Positions 1-11,719 of a stretch of 64,000 bases of DNA are shown here, one piece after another. The notes beneath the pieces were generated by a model. It was not told where the DNA came from and did not search any database. It saw only the letters and a list, made by a program, of their open reading frames with translations. The translations under genes and the position numbers were made by a program. The stretch's first letter is position 1. The number at the start of each line of letters is the position of its first letter. The stretch comes from Camelus ferus (lineage: Eukaryota): positions 7,194,001-7,258,000 of the forward strand of contig NC_045697.1 of the NCBI RefSeq assembly GCF_009834535.1, written 5' to 3'.

Positions 1-120
1 TGGGTGAACAAGTGACTCCAATCAGAGGGACTCCTGGGACTTGTGCAGGCGCTAACAGGAAGAGGCTCTCCCCCCTGGCCTTGGGCTGGGGGCATTGGGA
101 AGCACCTGCTTCACCGCAGC
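1..120 (+). mobile_element. Old MaLR LTR fragment (MLT1J/K-like)
   Basis: gtgactccaatcagagggactcctgggacttg...gaagaggctctc resembles the recalled MLT1J/K internal segment. Confidence 0.4.
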
Positions 121-339
121 CCCCCTGCCAAACCATGGTCAGGGCTCGTCTCCTAGCGAGAGTCACTCCATTGACTGAATCTCTTGGTCGGGTCTACAGC
201 TGGACTTTCTATTTTGGAAGTAAATGTGCTTCCATTTGCCGAAACTGGTTGATATTCTTTTTGTCATATGCAATCATAGAAAGTCCTCTTAGTGATAAAC
301 AATATAATTTTATTGTGTTCTTACTTTCTACCCAGTGCC

Positions 340-500
340 CTCCTAAGAGTTCTACACAGATCATCTCACTTTGCCCTCACACAGCCCTGCAATAACCTGT
401 TGCCTGTTACTGTCCTCACTTTGTATGTGGAAGTTTGAGGCTTACGCAGTTTGAGGGTCCAGCTCAAGGACACAGAGCAGGTTAGCAGGATGTCCTGGAT
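340..500 (-). mobile_element. MIR SINE fragment
   Basis: cctcacacagccctg...ctcactttgtatgtggaagtttgaggc...ctcaaggacacagagc matches the antisense MIR core. Confidence 0.55.
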
Positions 501-1094
501 CTCACATTCTGTTTTCAGAGATTTAAGCACTCTGCTAAAAGTATCTTTGCTACATTACAGGAAAAGCCTGGGTAAAACGGTAAGGTCTCTATAATAAAAT
601 TATAACAATGTAAACAAACTCTGCATAACAACCGTCACAGGAAGAGGTGATAGCTCTTGGGAGCACTAGGATACTTTTTTCGGAAAAAAAGTATGTTCTA
701 TTTTTTTAATAATTAGTTTATCACTTTTTAAAAATGGAAAATAGCTTTTATTTAACCAGAGATAAGCTCCTTCCCTACAAAACTGTGTGTGGGTGTCAAT
801 TTTGTGATCATAAGAACAGCAGATAAGGTTTTGAAGCCTAGTGTAACCGTCTGCTAATTGCTGCATTTACCTCCATTCTTACTGGGAGTTGGACTGAAAA
901 TGCACATGTGTGTGTCGCCCATCGTGCTGTTGACACTAATAGGAAACTTACGGTTATTGTTTCCTGGCAGAGCGCTGGATAAGCAGGTCTCTGATAGACA
1001 GAACTCTAGTAGGGTTTTGAAATGAGTTTGTTTTCCAGCAGACAGAAAACTTAAATGTGCGTTGACGTGCGTCTCTGCAGAATTCCATCATGAG

Positions 1095-1242
1095 AGAGGG
1101 AGGGTATAGCTCAAGTGGTAGAGTGCATGCTTGGCATACACAAAGCCCTGGGTCCAACCCAGAGCACCTCCTCCAAAAATAAATGAATGAGTAAACCTAA
1201 TCACCTCCCCCCACCCCCCAAATTATTTTTAATTAAAAAAAA
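1095..1242 (+). mobile_element. tRNA-derived SINE, camelid-type, full length
   Basis: gggagggtatagctcaagtggtagagtgcatgc (Pol III A box), degenerate B box gggtccaaccc, A-rich tail; 16-bp TSD agaattc(c/t)atcatgag at 1079-1094 and 1243-1258. Confidence 0.9.
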
Positions 1243-1337
1243 AGAATTCTATCATGAGCACTTTTTCAACTTGCCATTGAGATATTAACTTGGTTAGTGA
1301 ATTCCTCTTTGACTTTTCCTTCTCACCGTGTCACACC

Positions 1338-1495
1338 ATCTCATTTAATCCTTCCAAAAACTGTAGGAGGTGGGGAAAACTTTATTTTTCAGATGAGGAA
1401 CCTGCAGCTATGAGGTTATGCAATTTGCTCAAGGTCATGTGGCAAGTAAGAGTGACAGCTGAGACTAGAACTTGGGTCTTTCTGATCCCAGAGAC
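1338..1495 (-). mobile_element. MIR SINE
   Basis: ctcatttaatcctt...tttcagatgaggaacctg...ttgctcaaggtcatgtggcaagtaag. Confidence 0.75.
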
Positions 1496-1694
1496 TATAT
1501 CCCTTCACTTCACATGCCTGGGTTTTCATCTCCGAAATTCTGTAGCTTTACACGAAGCATCACATGGCTTAGTGTCCAAATGTGAGCCATCTTCCTCGTT
1601 CTGGTGTTGTTTTATTTATATTCATCATAACTGTACAGCTTTGTGTTTATACAGCACTTACTACTGAGAAAGAGTGAAACTCAGGCGACCATAT

Positions 1695-1895
1695 GAGCTT
1701 CAGAATTAGACTTGGATTTGGGTCCTGGCCCTACAAAAGGGGACAGTGTAACCTTGGGCACTTTACATAGCTTTGCCAGACTCTGGTTTCCTCATCTGAA
1801 AGTGGAGGAAATAACTGCACCCTCACAGGTTTGCTGAGAACAGTAGTAAAGACGTACTCCCAAAGTCTGTCACAGTGGAAGCTGGGTACGTGTTC
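1695..1895 (+). mobile_element. MIR SINE
   Basis: tgtaaccttgggcac...tggtttcctcatctgaaagtggagg...cctcacaggtttgctgaga. Confidence 0.65.
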
Positions 1896-4125
1896 AGTTT
1901 TCTTTCTCCTTTCAGCAGGTTGGGTCAGCTCAGTGAACACATGGCCTGATGTACTAGCTAAATTAAATGAAATCTAAAACTCTTCTTTCCTGTTCCCTGA
2001 TTTCATCCATCTCTCACAAGGAAGCATACCAGAACAAGGAACAGCTGGCTTTCTGTGAAAACCCTCCATCTTTCAGGCCAAGGCGGAATTCAGTCCATAG
2101 ATCAGAGGCACGTGGATGGTTTCATTTTTATAGCCTGGTGAGTGGTGCGTTTGGCTTCTCTTGTTTTCTTGTATCTTGAGGTCAAAGAAATGATGCAATA
2201 CATGATCACAAGTGCCGACCCTTCATTTCCCGAACATCTGTTCAGAGCATATGTCTGCAGAGACAAGTGAGGATTCATCTTTCCACGATCTGATCTCTTA
2301 GGTACTGGTGCTTTTGAAGCATGGTACATTTATTTTGACTCTTTCTGACAAGTAATGACAAGTTTAAGGGGCAATTAGAAAAAGAAGATGTTTGTTTTCC
2401 ATCTGGAAAGAACTCTGAAATATCCCTCAGCCACCTTCTCCCTTAAATCATCAAGTTTTGAATACATTCCAGAGCCATGAGGCCTGAGGTTAAGTTATTC
2501 CTACTGGCTTATCTTGAGCAAATTTTGGCTTGCAGACGAACGAACACCCATGTGGTTTGAATTTCTTCCATGATAGGTTTAAACTCAGAGTGTAATTAGC
2601 GAGTATGGAAGTTGAGTGAATTTATGAGCATGCAGACTCTTGAGATAAGCCAAGTGCCTGTGGCAATATCCCATCTTAAGGAGAGGCTTTTCAGGGATTT
2701 CCTGAAAAAGGGTTTCCTTCAGCACCCCAACAGGATGGTTGCTAGAAACGCCGTCTAGAACAGCATCCAGATAAGACGTTTGGCACATGGGGGGCGACTT
2801 CGATACCTCCTTTCTTCCCCTCCCCCAGCATCCCATCTTTGGGGTTTTACGTATTTCCATCATCTGTCCATTAGGCACCCAATCACCTTCTACTCTCTGC
2901 TCTTTTTACTCTCCAACCTGTTCATCCTGCAGCCAACTACTTTTTTCCCCTCAAACATAAATCTTATCACATAACAATCTGCTCACTGTTGTGTGTCACT
3001 ACGCAGCACCATGCCTGGCAATATTAGATGCTCTGTAACTAATCATGGCATGGCTGATGAAAGGTAGAATGAGTGGACTACGGCATCTGAGGTAAATTTC
3101 ACCTTCATTTTCCTTACCTGAGATAACTGTTGGGATGTAGACCATTCAAGTGGATCCAGGAACCGAGTATCTGTGATTCAGACACATGTGAACAGTACCA
3201 GAGACCTGTAAGGCTGCTTGATTCAGTAAGAATTTCATTTTCCAATAGAACAGATCTCTTTGAAAGAACCTAATAAAAGACAAAGAACCTTTCTCTGGTC
3301 TTAAAATAATCTTTATTCTGGTGAGCCAACATGATACCTTGAGACTCAGCTAGGGATTTTGGGGAAAAAAAAGAGCATAGGTACTCACAGAATCAGTGCC
3401 AGCTGGCAAGGGGTGAAGTCAGAAAATGAAGACCATGTTCAGATGAGCGTCTCCGACTCTGTTACACCGAGAGGTGCAGCGCTGGGTGCGGAGGAAGGGA
3501 GGCCTGGGGGACATGGTACATGAGGCTTCTGGATAAACTTGGTGTCTTTCTGTATAACAACTTAACTTGAATGATGGGAGAAGTGGGGAAACAGGTAATG
3601 TTTACGCTTTCCAAAGTTTATGTCATCTCCACCAAACCCTTGTTTTAATTCTACACAATTTCATATTTAATCTAGTTTCCACGCCTCATTTACATTTTGA
3701 TAATAAAAGAAAAAACATCAACTCCTACACATCAGATCAATTTTCTACAGCAATTACTCACGTTTGATTTTTGTTTTACCAATGTGTAATTCTGCTAAGT
3801 TTCATTTCCTGCCTCAGTGAGTTTTCTGAGTGAGTTTGGACATTTGCTCTATGTGATTTCAGCATCATTCTTCGTTAACCTCTTTAAACTGAAGCATCTT
3901 TAATCTTGCCTTGTTTTCTCATGTTGTGTTTGGACATTTCTGGGGATGGGGGCGTTGGGAATCCATTTGAATATTTTTCTTGAAGCCTACTCAGTTTCTG
4001 TTCCAGAATTACAAGGTTGCTTCAAATACAGGTGATGATGCCCTACTGCCCATTTATTTTTCTGAAAGTTTTCAGTGGCTTTCTTTTCTTTTTAAAAGTT
4101 TTTCCTTGAAAACCATGCCCTTATC

Positions 4126-4190
4126 ATTTTTTTTAACATTTTTTATTGATTTATAATCATTTTACAATGTTGTGTCAAATTCCAGTGTTC
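4126..4190 (-). mobile_element. 65-bp 5'-truncated young L1 3' terminus
   Basis: Reverse complement reads gaacactggaatttgacacaacattgtaaaatgattataaatcaataaaaaatgttaaaa, close to 39290-39350; perfect 15-bp TSD aaccatgcccttatc at 4111-4125 and 4191-4205. Confidence 0.9.
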
Positions 4191-4889
4191 AACCATGCCC
4201 TTATCTTATGTTCCATAATTCACAATCTCTGTGCAGCAAGGGGGTGCCTCAGCCTCACCCCCGAATTCTAAGATTTTCTCAGTGGTGTCTTGTCCATGAA
4301 TAGGTGGTTTTTCTTCTCGTGGAGGGGAAGTCGGGAATAAACTACATCACCATCTTGGTGATGTCACTCCTCCCATTTTAAATTGTCAAGCTCTCTCCTT
4401 ACTCTTTATCTCCTCAGAATCCTGCTTTCCATCATCCTGATTGAGTCTGGACTGTATGTTCCCTGAAACGGCCTCACTGCACCCAATTCTCTGAGCTTCT
4501 GTTTACTGCTGTCTTGGTTTAAATTCTACTTTCTTGGAGTCATGTCTTCCTCTGAGTTTCTATTTTCACCTCTGCTGGTATCTAGTCCCAAGTAACCTCC
4601 TAAAAGTAGGGGTGTGGGTTATACTCTTTGTTCACTCATATGAATGAATGAGAGAGAGCTGGGCTACATGTGAAAATCTGGATTGGACAAGTACTTCTCC
4701 CTTACAACTTTGAAGTCCTTTCCGTATTGTTTTCTGGAATTCAGTGCTCTTGATGTGTCTGAAGATACTCTGGCCTTTATTTTTTTGTAGATAACCTTTT
4801 TTTTTCTCTCTATAAGGTTGTTGACATTTTGTTTGCACACTAGTATTCTGAAATTTCTCTTTTTGTTGTTTAATTTTATTTTATTGTGG

Positions 4890-5490
4890 TAAGACGTATG
4901 GTGTGAAAATATTTTCTCCCATACATTCCACAGGTTTTATTTTTACCGAGTTGATTATTTCCCTTGCTGTACAGTTTTTAGTTTAATGTAATCCCAGTTG
5001 TTTCTTTCGTTGCTGTTGTTGTCTCTGCTTTTAATGTCATATCTGTAAGATCATCGTCAATACATGTATCATGATGATTTTCCCTTTTACGTTTCCTTCT
5101 AGAAATTTTACAGTTTCAGGTCTTATGTTTAAATCATTAATTTATCTTCAGTTGACTTTTGTATATGGTGTAAGATGAGTCTAATTTCATTCTTTTGCAT
5201 GTGGATATTCAATTTTCTTAAAATTATTTGTTGAAGAGAATGTCCTTTCTCCATTGTATAGTCTTAGCACCCTTATAAAAAAATAAGTTAACCATTGATG
5301 CACAGATCTCTTTTGGCCTCTGTATTCTGTTCCACTGTTCTCTATATGTCTGTCCTTATTCCAGAACCATGCTGTTTAGATTATTGTAGATTTGTAATAT
5401 ATTTTGAAATCAGGAAGTGTAATCCCTTCAACTTTGTTCTTTTTTCAGGGTCAGTTTAGTTATTCATGGTCTTTTGTTTCTCTGGAATTT
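4890..5490 (-). mobile_element. L1M ORF2 3' remnant
   Basis: ttgacttttgtatatggtgtaagat...ttcattcttttgcatgtggatattcaatttt...tttgaaatcaggaagtgtaatcccttcaactttgttc is typical antisense L1 ORF2. Confidence 0.85.
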
Positions 5491-5549
5491 TTCTACTCTA
5501 TTCTAGAAATTGACTTGATGGTAACTTGGGGTTTGTTTTTGTTTTTGAC

Positions 5550-5830
5550 GTCATGTAAATGAAGCTGCCATGAACACTTGTGTATAGACTTTCACGTGGG
5601 CACCCGTTCTCACTTCTCTTTGGTAAATAACTAGAAGTAAGATTTCTTGGGTCACAATGTAATTGCATGTTTAACTTTATATGAAATTGCCAACTTGTTT
5701 TCCAAAGTGTAGAGAGTACTGGTTGATCTACATCATCCCCAGTACTTGGTAATTTCCATTTTTATTTTATTTATTTTCCAGTGTTAGACATTCTAGTCTA
5801 TGTGTAGTTGTAGCTCATGATTTGGAACCT
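5550..5830 (-). mobile_element. L1M fragment (end of ORF2)
   Basis: gctgccatgaacacttgtgta...ggtaaataactagaagt...gaaattgccaacttgttttccaaagt. Confidence 0.75.
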
Positions 5831-6549
5831 ATCCTTCTGAGGATTCACAGTTTCCAGTCAGTTCTGAAAACCCTTCTTATATTATTTATTAGGCAATATC
5901 TGCCCTGTCCCCCCCATCCTCATCATTACTCCTTTCCAGAATTCCTTTAGGTCCAATGATGGGATCACTGTATTATCTTTCATCTTTTCTCTCAGATTCT
6001 TCTCTTTTTGGCTCTAGGTTCTGTCATTCATTTGACTTTATCTTCAACCCATGTATATGTTTTTCCTTTAGTTTTGTATGCCATATATTGTTTTAACTCC
6101 CTAAGGTCTCTTCTCTATTATTCTATAGTTTCTTATTCATGGCAACTGATTCTAATTTTTTGATAGCAATGCATCCTTAGATTTCTGTCAAGATTCTAAT
6201 TAGGATCTGTTTCCTGATTACAGTAATCTTTCTCCTAGAGTCATTATCTCTCAATTAATTAATCTTAGCCTTTCTCCATCATGGTTTCTTCACTTTTCAG
6301 GTGTTTCTATGTTGTCCAGTCATATTTAGGAATTAGGCAGAAGGATGATTTCTGGAAGTTCTGTGTACAGACGAGTAAGGCATGTGGATCATTTTTCTTC
6401 AAGTTACCCCCTTGCATGATGACTACTGCTTAGGAAGCAAGACAAGCCCTCTGCTTTGGGTCTTCTACTGAATAGCTGTAGAGGGGAAAGAATGCAGTTT
6501 TAATATTTATTAAGAATTAATTAAACCTAAACAGTCTCAAATTATAACA

Positions 6550-6790
6550 ATAAAAACAACTAATGGTTATATCATGCTTATAATATGCCTGGCCCTTCTC
6601 TAAGAACTTTTCACATATGCATTTAATTTCACAACAACCCTGTCACAGAGCCCTATTACTATTATCCCTCTTTAAAGATGAGGACATTGAGGAACAGAGA
6701 GGTTAACTAGTATGTCCACATTTGCACAGTAAATAAGTGGCAAAGCTGTATTTGAAACACAAAAGTTTGGAATGTAGTGTCTTTGCTCTT
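6550..6790 (-). mobile_element. MIR SINE, near full length
   Basis: catttaatttcacaacaaccctg...aagatgaggacattgaggaacagagaggttaac...aagtggcaaagctg. Confidence 0.85.
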
Positions 6791-6829
6791 GAAGAATATG
6801 CTATACTGACTTTCCAACATTGACTTTCT

Positions 6830-6960
6830 TCTGAATCCTTTCAACAAACCTGTGGGGTAGGTATTATCAATGCCACCTTGCAAAAAAGAATTTTTGAGAC
6901 CCAGATGGGTTAAATGATAGATCCTCATTCCACAAAGCTCAGGAGTGGAAACTGTTCAAG
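6830..6960 (-). mobile_element. MIR fragment
   Basis: aatcctttcaacaaacctgtggggtaggtattatc...tgagacccagatgggttaaatga. Confidence 0.55.
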
Positions 6961-7904
6961 AAGCTCAGATTTGTCCAAAGGATGATCATTTTAAATGTTT
7001 AGAAAGAGAGATTTCTTGACAATTAAATCAATGTTTATTTAAAGCAGGGTAACATTTGAACTCCATGTTTTGGTTTAAATGGTAAAAACAAACACACACA
7101 GAAAGACTCTGCTACTAATGATCTGTACAGAATGTCTCTTTTACTCTGGAACCAACAATTAAGTTCTGAAATATCAATTACGTTGTTTCTCAATAACACA
7201 ACGGATCAATAACCTTCATTTGATGTTCTTCTTAATTACCGTGTGGGGGTTTCTGCAGAAACCTTCTGAAACAGATCCTACGTATTAATCTCTCCATGTA
7301 GTTCTTGTTCCTCACGATGGAGCAATCAGACCTTGATTAATGTTAGCATTAAACTAACTGCTATCTAATCAGTTGACAAAATGCTGGTTTTGATTCTAGT
7401 TTCTGTGGTCTGTTTGTTTCGGATGCTTCTGATTGGTGTTTGCTATGGGGAAGAATAAAGAAATAAAACATACATTATTCATTGATGTGAGTAGAAGGGT
7501 TTTGACATAATGACAGAGCAATAACTCAAGTCCTAAATGTAAACCACCACTGTCCCCATCCTGCTGCTTTTTGAAGACTAGAGAATTTAAACCGATAGTC
7601 CAATAAGTAAACTGCCCCTCTAGAATTCCACACCGTGAAAAATGATACTGCCAATCACCAGATGGCCCAAGGGGGAGAATGGGAGTGGGTCTGTTTCTTC
7701 TCTTCTTTGTAGTCTAGATTCTTTCAGATCTGAGATCATTCTCTCTCCCCTAGTTAAAAATGGTGCCTCCTCTCTTTTTCTTCACTTATTTCCATGCTTT
7801 TGTAGTCATCCATCCTTGTTTCCATTTTACTCCACCCCTCAGTCCCCCACACTGGAGGGACCGATAATCCAATATATAGTTTCAGATCATCCATCTCATG
7901 TTCA

Positions 7905-8122
7905 GAATTCTCTAGTGGGTCTCTGGTGTGTCCACCAGCTCTGCAGAGCCCCAAGTCTTGGGGAGGATGTCTTTGGGGCCCAGGGGTGCCTGAGAGGAAA
8001 GCGCTTCACCCAACTTTTAACAGAACAGTTCTATTCTTACCTGCCTTCTGCTAGTAGATAGTAAATAACATTTTATTTGAAAATTAAAAAGGTCTGTCAC
8101 TGAAAAGATTTGAAAACTACTG
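7905..8122. mobile_element. hAT-Charlie type DNA transposon fragment
   Basis: Ends in aaaagatttgaaaactactg, like Charlie-family termini; internal ctctgcagagcccc. Confidence 0.4.
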
Positions 8123-8359
8123 GCCCACAGGAGGAAATTCACACTCCATCTCAGAACAGATTTGTACGGCCTGCATCCTGCAACATACAGTCCATCCTAC
8201 ATCATACTGTGTCATAGAATAACATAGAAGCTTATCAGTGAAGAGGCCCCTGCCTTCCATCAGTCCAGTTATGCCCCCAATTCCAGGACATGTTTAGACA
8301 TTTAGAATTATTCTGATTTACTTGCATCTCATTGGATAATCTGTGTCTTCTCATGTCAT

Positions 8360-8490
8360 CCCCCTGCCTTCACACGTTCTGTTCCCTCTGCCTGGCATCT
8401 CCTGCCCCTGGTGGTCTGCCTGAAAACTCCTACTTAGTCTCAAATGTCAGCTCAAGAACTGCTTCGGGTGAAGCTTTCTGATCCTCTAGC
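8360..8490 (+). mobile_element. L2 fragment
   Basis: ctgttccctctgcctggca...aactcctact...cagctcaag...gaagctttctga. Confidence 0.65.
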
Positions 8491-8491
8491 C

Positions 8492-8700
8492 TAGTACAGT
8501 CCAGCAGGACGTGGTACAGTCATGGGAGTGTTCTGTTATCTGCACCGTCCAGTCCGGTGGACACTGGCCACACATGACTGTTGAGCCCTTGAAAGTGTGA
8601 CAAGTGTAGCTGAGGAACTGAATTCCTAACTTGATGTGTGAAATAATTTTGATTATTTAAATAGTCATATATGAGTGGTGCCTACAGCTTTGGGAGAGCA
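8492..8700 (+). mobile_element. MER3 (hAT-Charlie)
   Basis: cactggccacacatgactgttgagcccttgaaagtgtg...gctgaggaactgaatt...atttaaatagtcatat. Confidence 0.75.
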
Positions 8701-8959
8701 GGTTCAGGACAGATCCACTTGGAGACTTACTTTTGTTATGGAACTCTAAAAAAAATGATCCTAATTATTCACACTGATATTTTTTTTCTGCTGGCTTATT
8801 AGCATCTGTGGGTCAGGACTGTGTGTTTGCCTGTACAAACCTTTGCCACTAGCACAGTGTCTGGGACATAGTAGAGATTCTTTGAATGTTGAATGAACAT
8901 GATAGGAAGCAGTGCTACTAAGTAGGGAATACAACATACACAGGGTAAGTTCCCAGGGC

Positions 8960-9125
8960 TCTGCAGTCAGACATTCCTTGTTTGGAGTCTGGGAACTTTT
9001 CGTTAGTAAATGAGGTAGGCAAGTTACTCCTCCTGAGTCTAACTTTCTCATCTATTTGATGAGGATAATGCATAATTTCCCTTCATTAGGTTTTTTGGGA
9101 GAATTAAAAGAGCTATGGTATCTGA
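8960..9125 (+). mobile_element. MIR SINE
   Basis: tctgcagtcagac...ggcaagttact...tttctcatctat...gagaattaaaagag. Confidence 0.65.
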
Positions 9126-10392
9126 ATCAAATGCAAGTTAATGAGTTAACATTAATTCTCTTTCAAGACTACCCACTATGTATTTAACTGCTGATATAGT
9201 CTGTCCTGAAGCATATTTCCATCACCTGAAATTCAGAATTCTAATGATAGAAACGTTTGAAAAATTCATACTAAGAGATAGCAGGTTGTAATATATACAA
9301 ACAGCCAAAAAAATTAATTTCAAAAGGACTACAGCTGGTGAGTTGCACACCCGTCAGCACAGGTGTGTTCCCAGCTTCAGTGAAGCCAAGTCCGCCTCTA
9401 CGTGGGTAAAAGTATTTGCAGAAACATGCCAAGTGACAGGTGGTGAGCTCGACCAGCATGACTAATGGTGGAAGAGAAAGGCAGAGGGAGAGAGGCTGTT
9501 GGTGGAAACACCGTGATTTATTACTCACCAGGAAAAATGCAGTGTCAAGGAGTATAGGGTCTTGGCTGACATCCGTGTCCTGAATCAATTGAAGCAGTTT
9601 TATTTAGGGGAGCTGAAGCCAGAAACAACTGTCCACCTTTGTCATCGCTTTGGATGCCTTAGTTCAAAATGAAATGAAGGCTGCAATCAGCAGAACGGGA
9701 GGAGGCCCCGGTCACCAAAAAGTATATGAGTCTTGGCATATGTGTATGTAGAAACATAGCCAGTCCTGAAGACACTGTGATGGGGTACATAAACAAACAC
9801 ACAAAGCACGTGCATGAAAATAACCTCGTTTCCAAGTCCAAGCCACTAATTCATCACAGCGCACTCCCGGGGCAGAGGAGGGATTGCTGTTTCCCTACAG
9901 TTCCTAACCGGATTTCTACTTGAAGTCTAAGCAGACTGAGGTTTAGAAAGCCTGCTGCCATTCATCTAGTCAAGGCACCTGAACAGTAACGTGACTTTGG
10001 TAACTTGTAACAACCACTGAATTACTTAGCTTGGGTGTTGATAGGCTCAACTGTGAAATATGCAAAACAGCAAAACTACACGTTCATTTTTTTAGGAGGT
10101 GTTTCTTTCTTTCCATGTTTGACAGCTCTCTTCATTTTTAATCTCATCTGTGGAACAATATTCATCAATGAAAGGGCTGTAATCCATTTCTCTATTGTTA
10201 TTTTAATTCCTTATTTGAGATATTTTCTTCACCATGCATGCAAATAAAACAGAGCATTTAAAAGCATACGTACATCATTGAAATTGAAGTCAGTTCAGCC
10301 TAAAAATTAGTATAAGCATCAATTACTTTTTATATCATAAGCTCTGCTAGGTGCTGAGAAACATACTCTGTGAGCAAGATTCTTTTTCCATC

Positions 10393-10995
10393 TGCAGTAG
10401 GCAGAATTTCTAGGTAAGACCAACAGGATCCATGCCCTCTCCCATCCTTAGGACTTGTCAATGTGAGATACCACACCTGTGGTTGTGTTTCATGGCAAAG
10501 TTGAACTCCAAAAACGGGCTAATATCTTGATGGGCCTGACCTAATCACACGAGTCCTTATGAGCAAAGAACTTTCTCTGGTTGGTGGCAGGAGATTGAGG
10601 TAGAATCCAGAGTTTCAAAGTATAAGAAGAAGTTGAGTTGACAGCACTGTTGTTGCCTTTGAAGATGGAGAGAGCCATGTGAGAAGGCATGTGGACAGCT
10701 TCTAGAAGAAGAATGGCCCTGCGCTGACAGCCAGCAAGGAAACAGGGACCCAGTCCTGCAACCACAAGGAACTGGATTCTGCCAGCTTGAATGATGTGGA
10801 AACGGACTCTCCCCAGAGCCTCCAGTGAAGAGCCAGGCTGGCTGACATCTTGACGTCAGTCTTACGAGACCCTAAGCAGAGAACTTAATTGCCCTCATCC
10901 GAATTTCTGACCTACAGACCTGTCAGATAATAAATAGGTGTTATTTGATGCCTCTAAGTTTATGGCAAATTTCCCACAGAAGTTAATAACTACTG
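10393..10995 (+). mobile_element. MaLR solo LTR (MLT1E-like)
   Basis: tgcagtaggcagaatt start; gctgacagccagcaaggaaacagggacccagtcctgcaaccacaaggaactggattctgcca; ttctgacctacagacctgtcagataataaat. Confidence 0.85.
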
Positions 10996-11219
10996 CAGTG
11001 TTCTTGCAGAACACAGAGTTAGTTTAGCAAGAAAGGAAAACATCTCGGTGAAAATTAGAATGCAGTGTGATGTATGTTGATATTGAAGAAAATTGAAATA
11101 TGCATTTAGATGACATTTGACTTGGGATGTGAAGAACGCATAGAGTTTGGAGGCAAAGATAGAACAGAAATATGGTCCAGGCAGAAGACACAGAATCTGC
11201 GAATAGCCAATATCACAGA

Positions 11220-11600
11220 CGAGCTTCTTGGAAAGCTGACTTGGAGATGGAGATTAGCTGTGCGGGAGGTTTATTTTTCATTTTTGCTTTGTGTTTTTTT
11301 TTTTTTTTAATTTGTTCCTTTGTTTCAGGAGTGTGCTTGGGATCTACAGCTGTGGATGGGAGAGAGAGGAAATAGGCCTCTGCAGAGGGAGAAACGGAGC
11401 TGTGAACCAGCCCCAGCAAAGTGTTCAGCCAGCCCAAGGGACAATAACTCACCCAAGATGTCCTGAGTTGGGGCAGTGGAGCTGGGACTTCATATCCTTG
11501 ATTAGCAGTGGATGTAGGCTGCCCTGTGGAAGGAGGCACGACCTTGTGTGCGGCAGTTTTCTGAAGCTGAGACCATTCCTAATGAAGGATAATCACTCAG
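11220..11600 (-). mobile_element. ERVL LTR (LTR33/LTR16-like)
   Basis: gagatggagattagctgtgcgggaggtttatt...ggagtgtgcttgggatctacagctgtgg...gcagagggagaa. Confidence 0.6.
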
Positions 11601-11719
11601 AGCTGCTTCTTTCATACACATTTCTGACGTGGGGTCTGAGAGGTGCACACAGAGGCAGTAAGAAGCCTGGCCTAGTCAAAGACAAGTGAGAAATTTAGTG
11701 CAGGTGAGGATATGCAGAA

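Larger units (their letters stand above)
3750..6400 (-). mobile_element. Ancient degraded L1/HAL1 ORF1-region remnant, interrupted by younger L1 pieces
   Basis: T-rich plus strand; minus ORF 4632-4838 (KKKGYLQKNKGQSIFRHIKSTEFQKTIRK...SRFSHVAQLS) resembles a decayed L1 ORF1p C-terminal segment. Confidence 0.5.

Noticed and set aside
1095..1170. tRNA gene
   Set aside because: Degenerate B box, SINE body, A tail and TSD identify it as a SINE.
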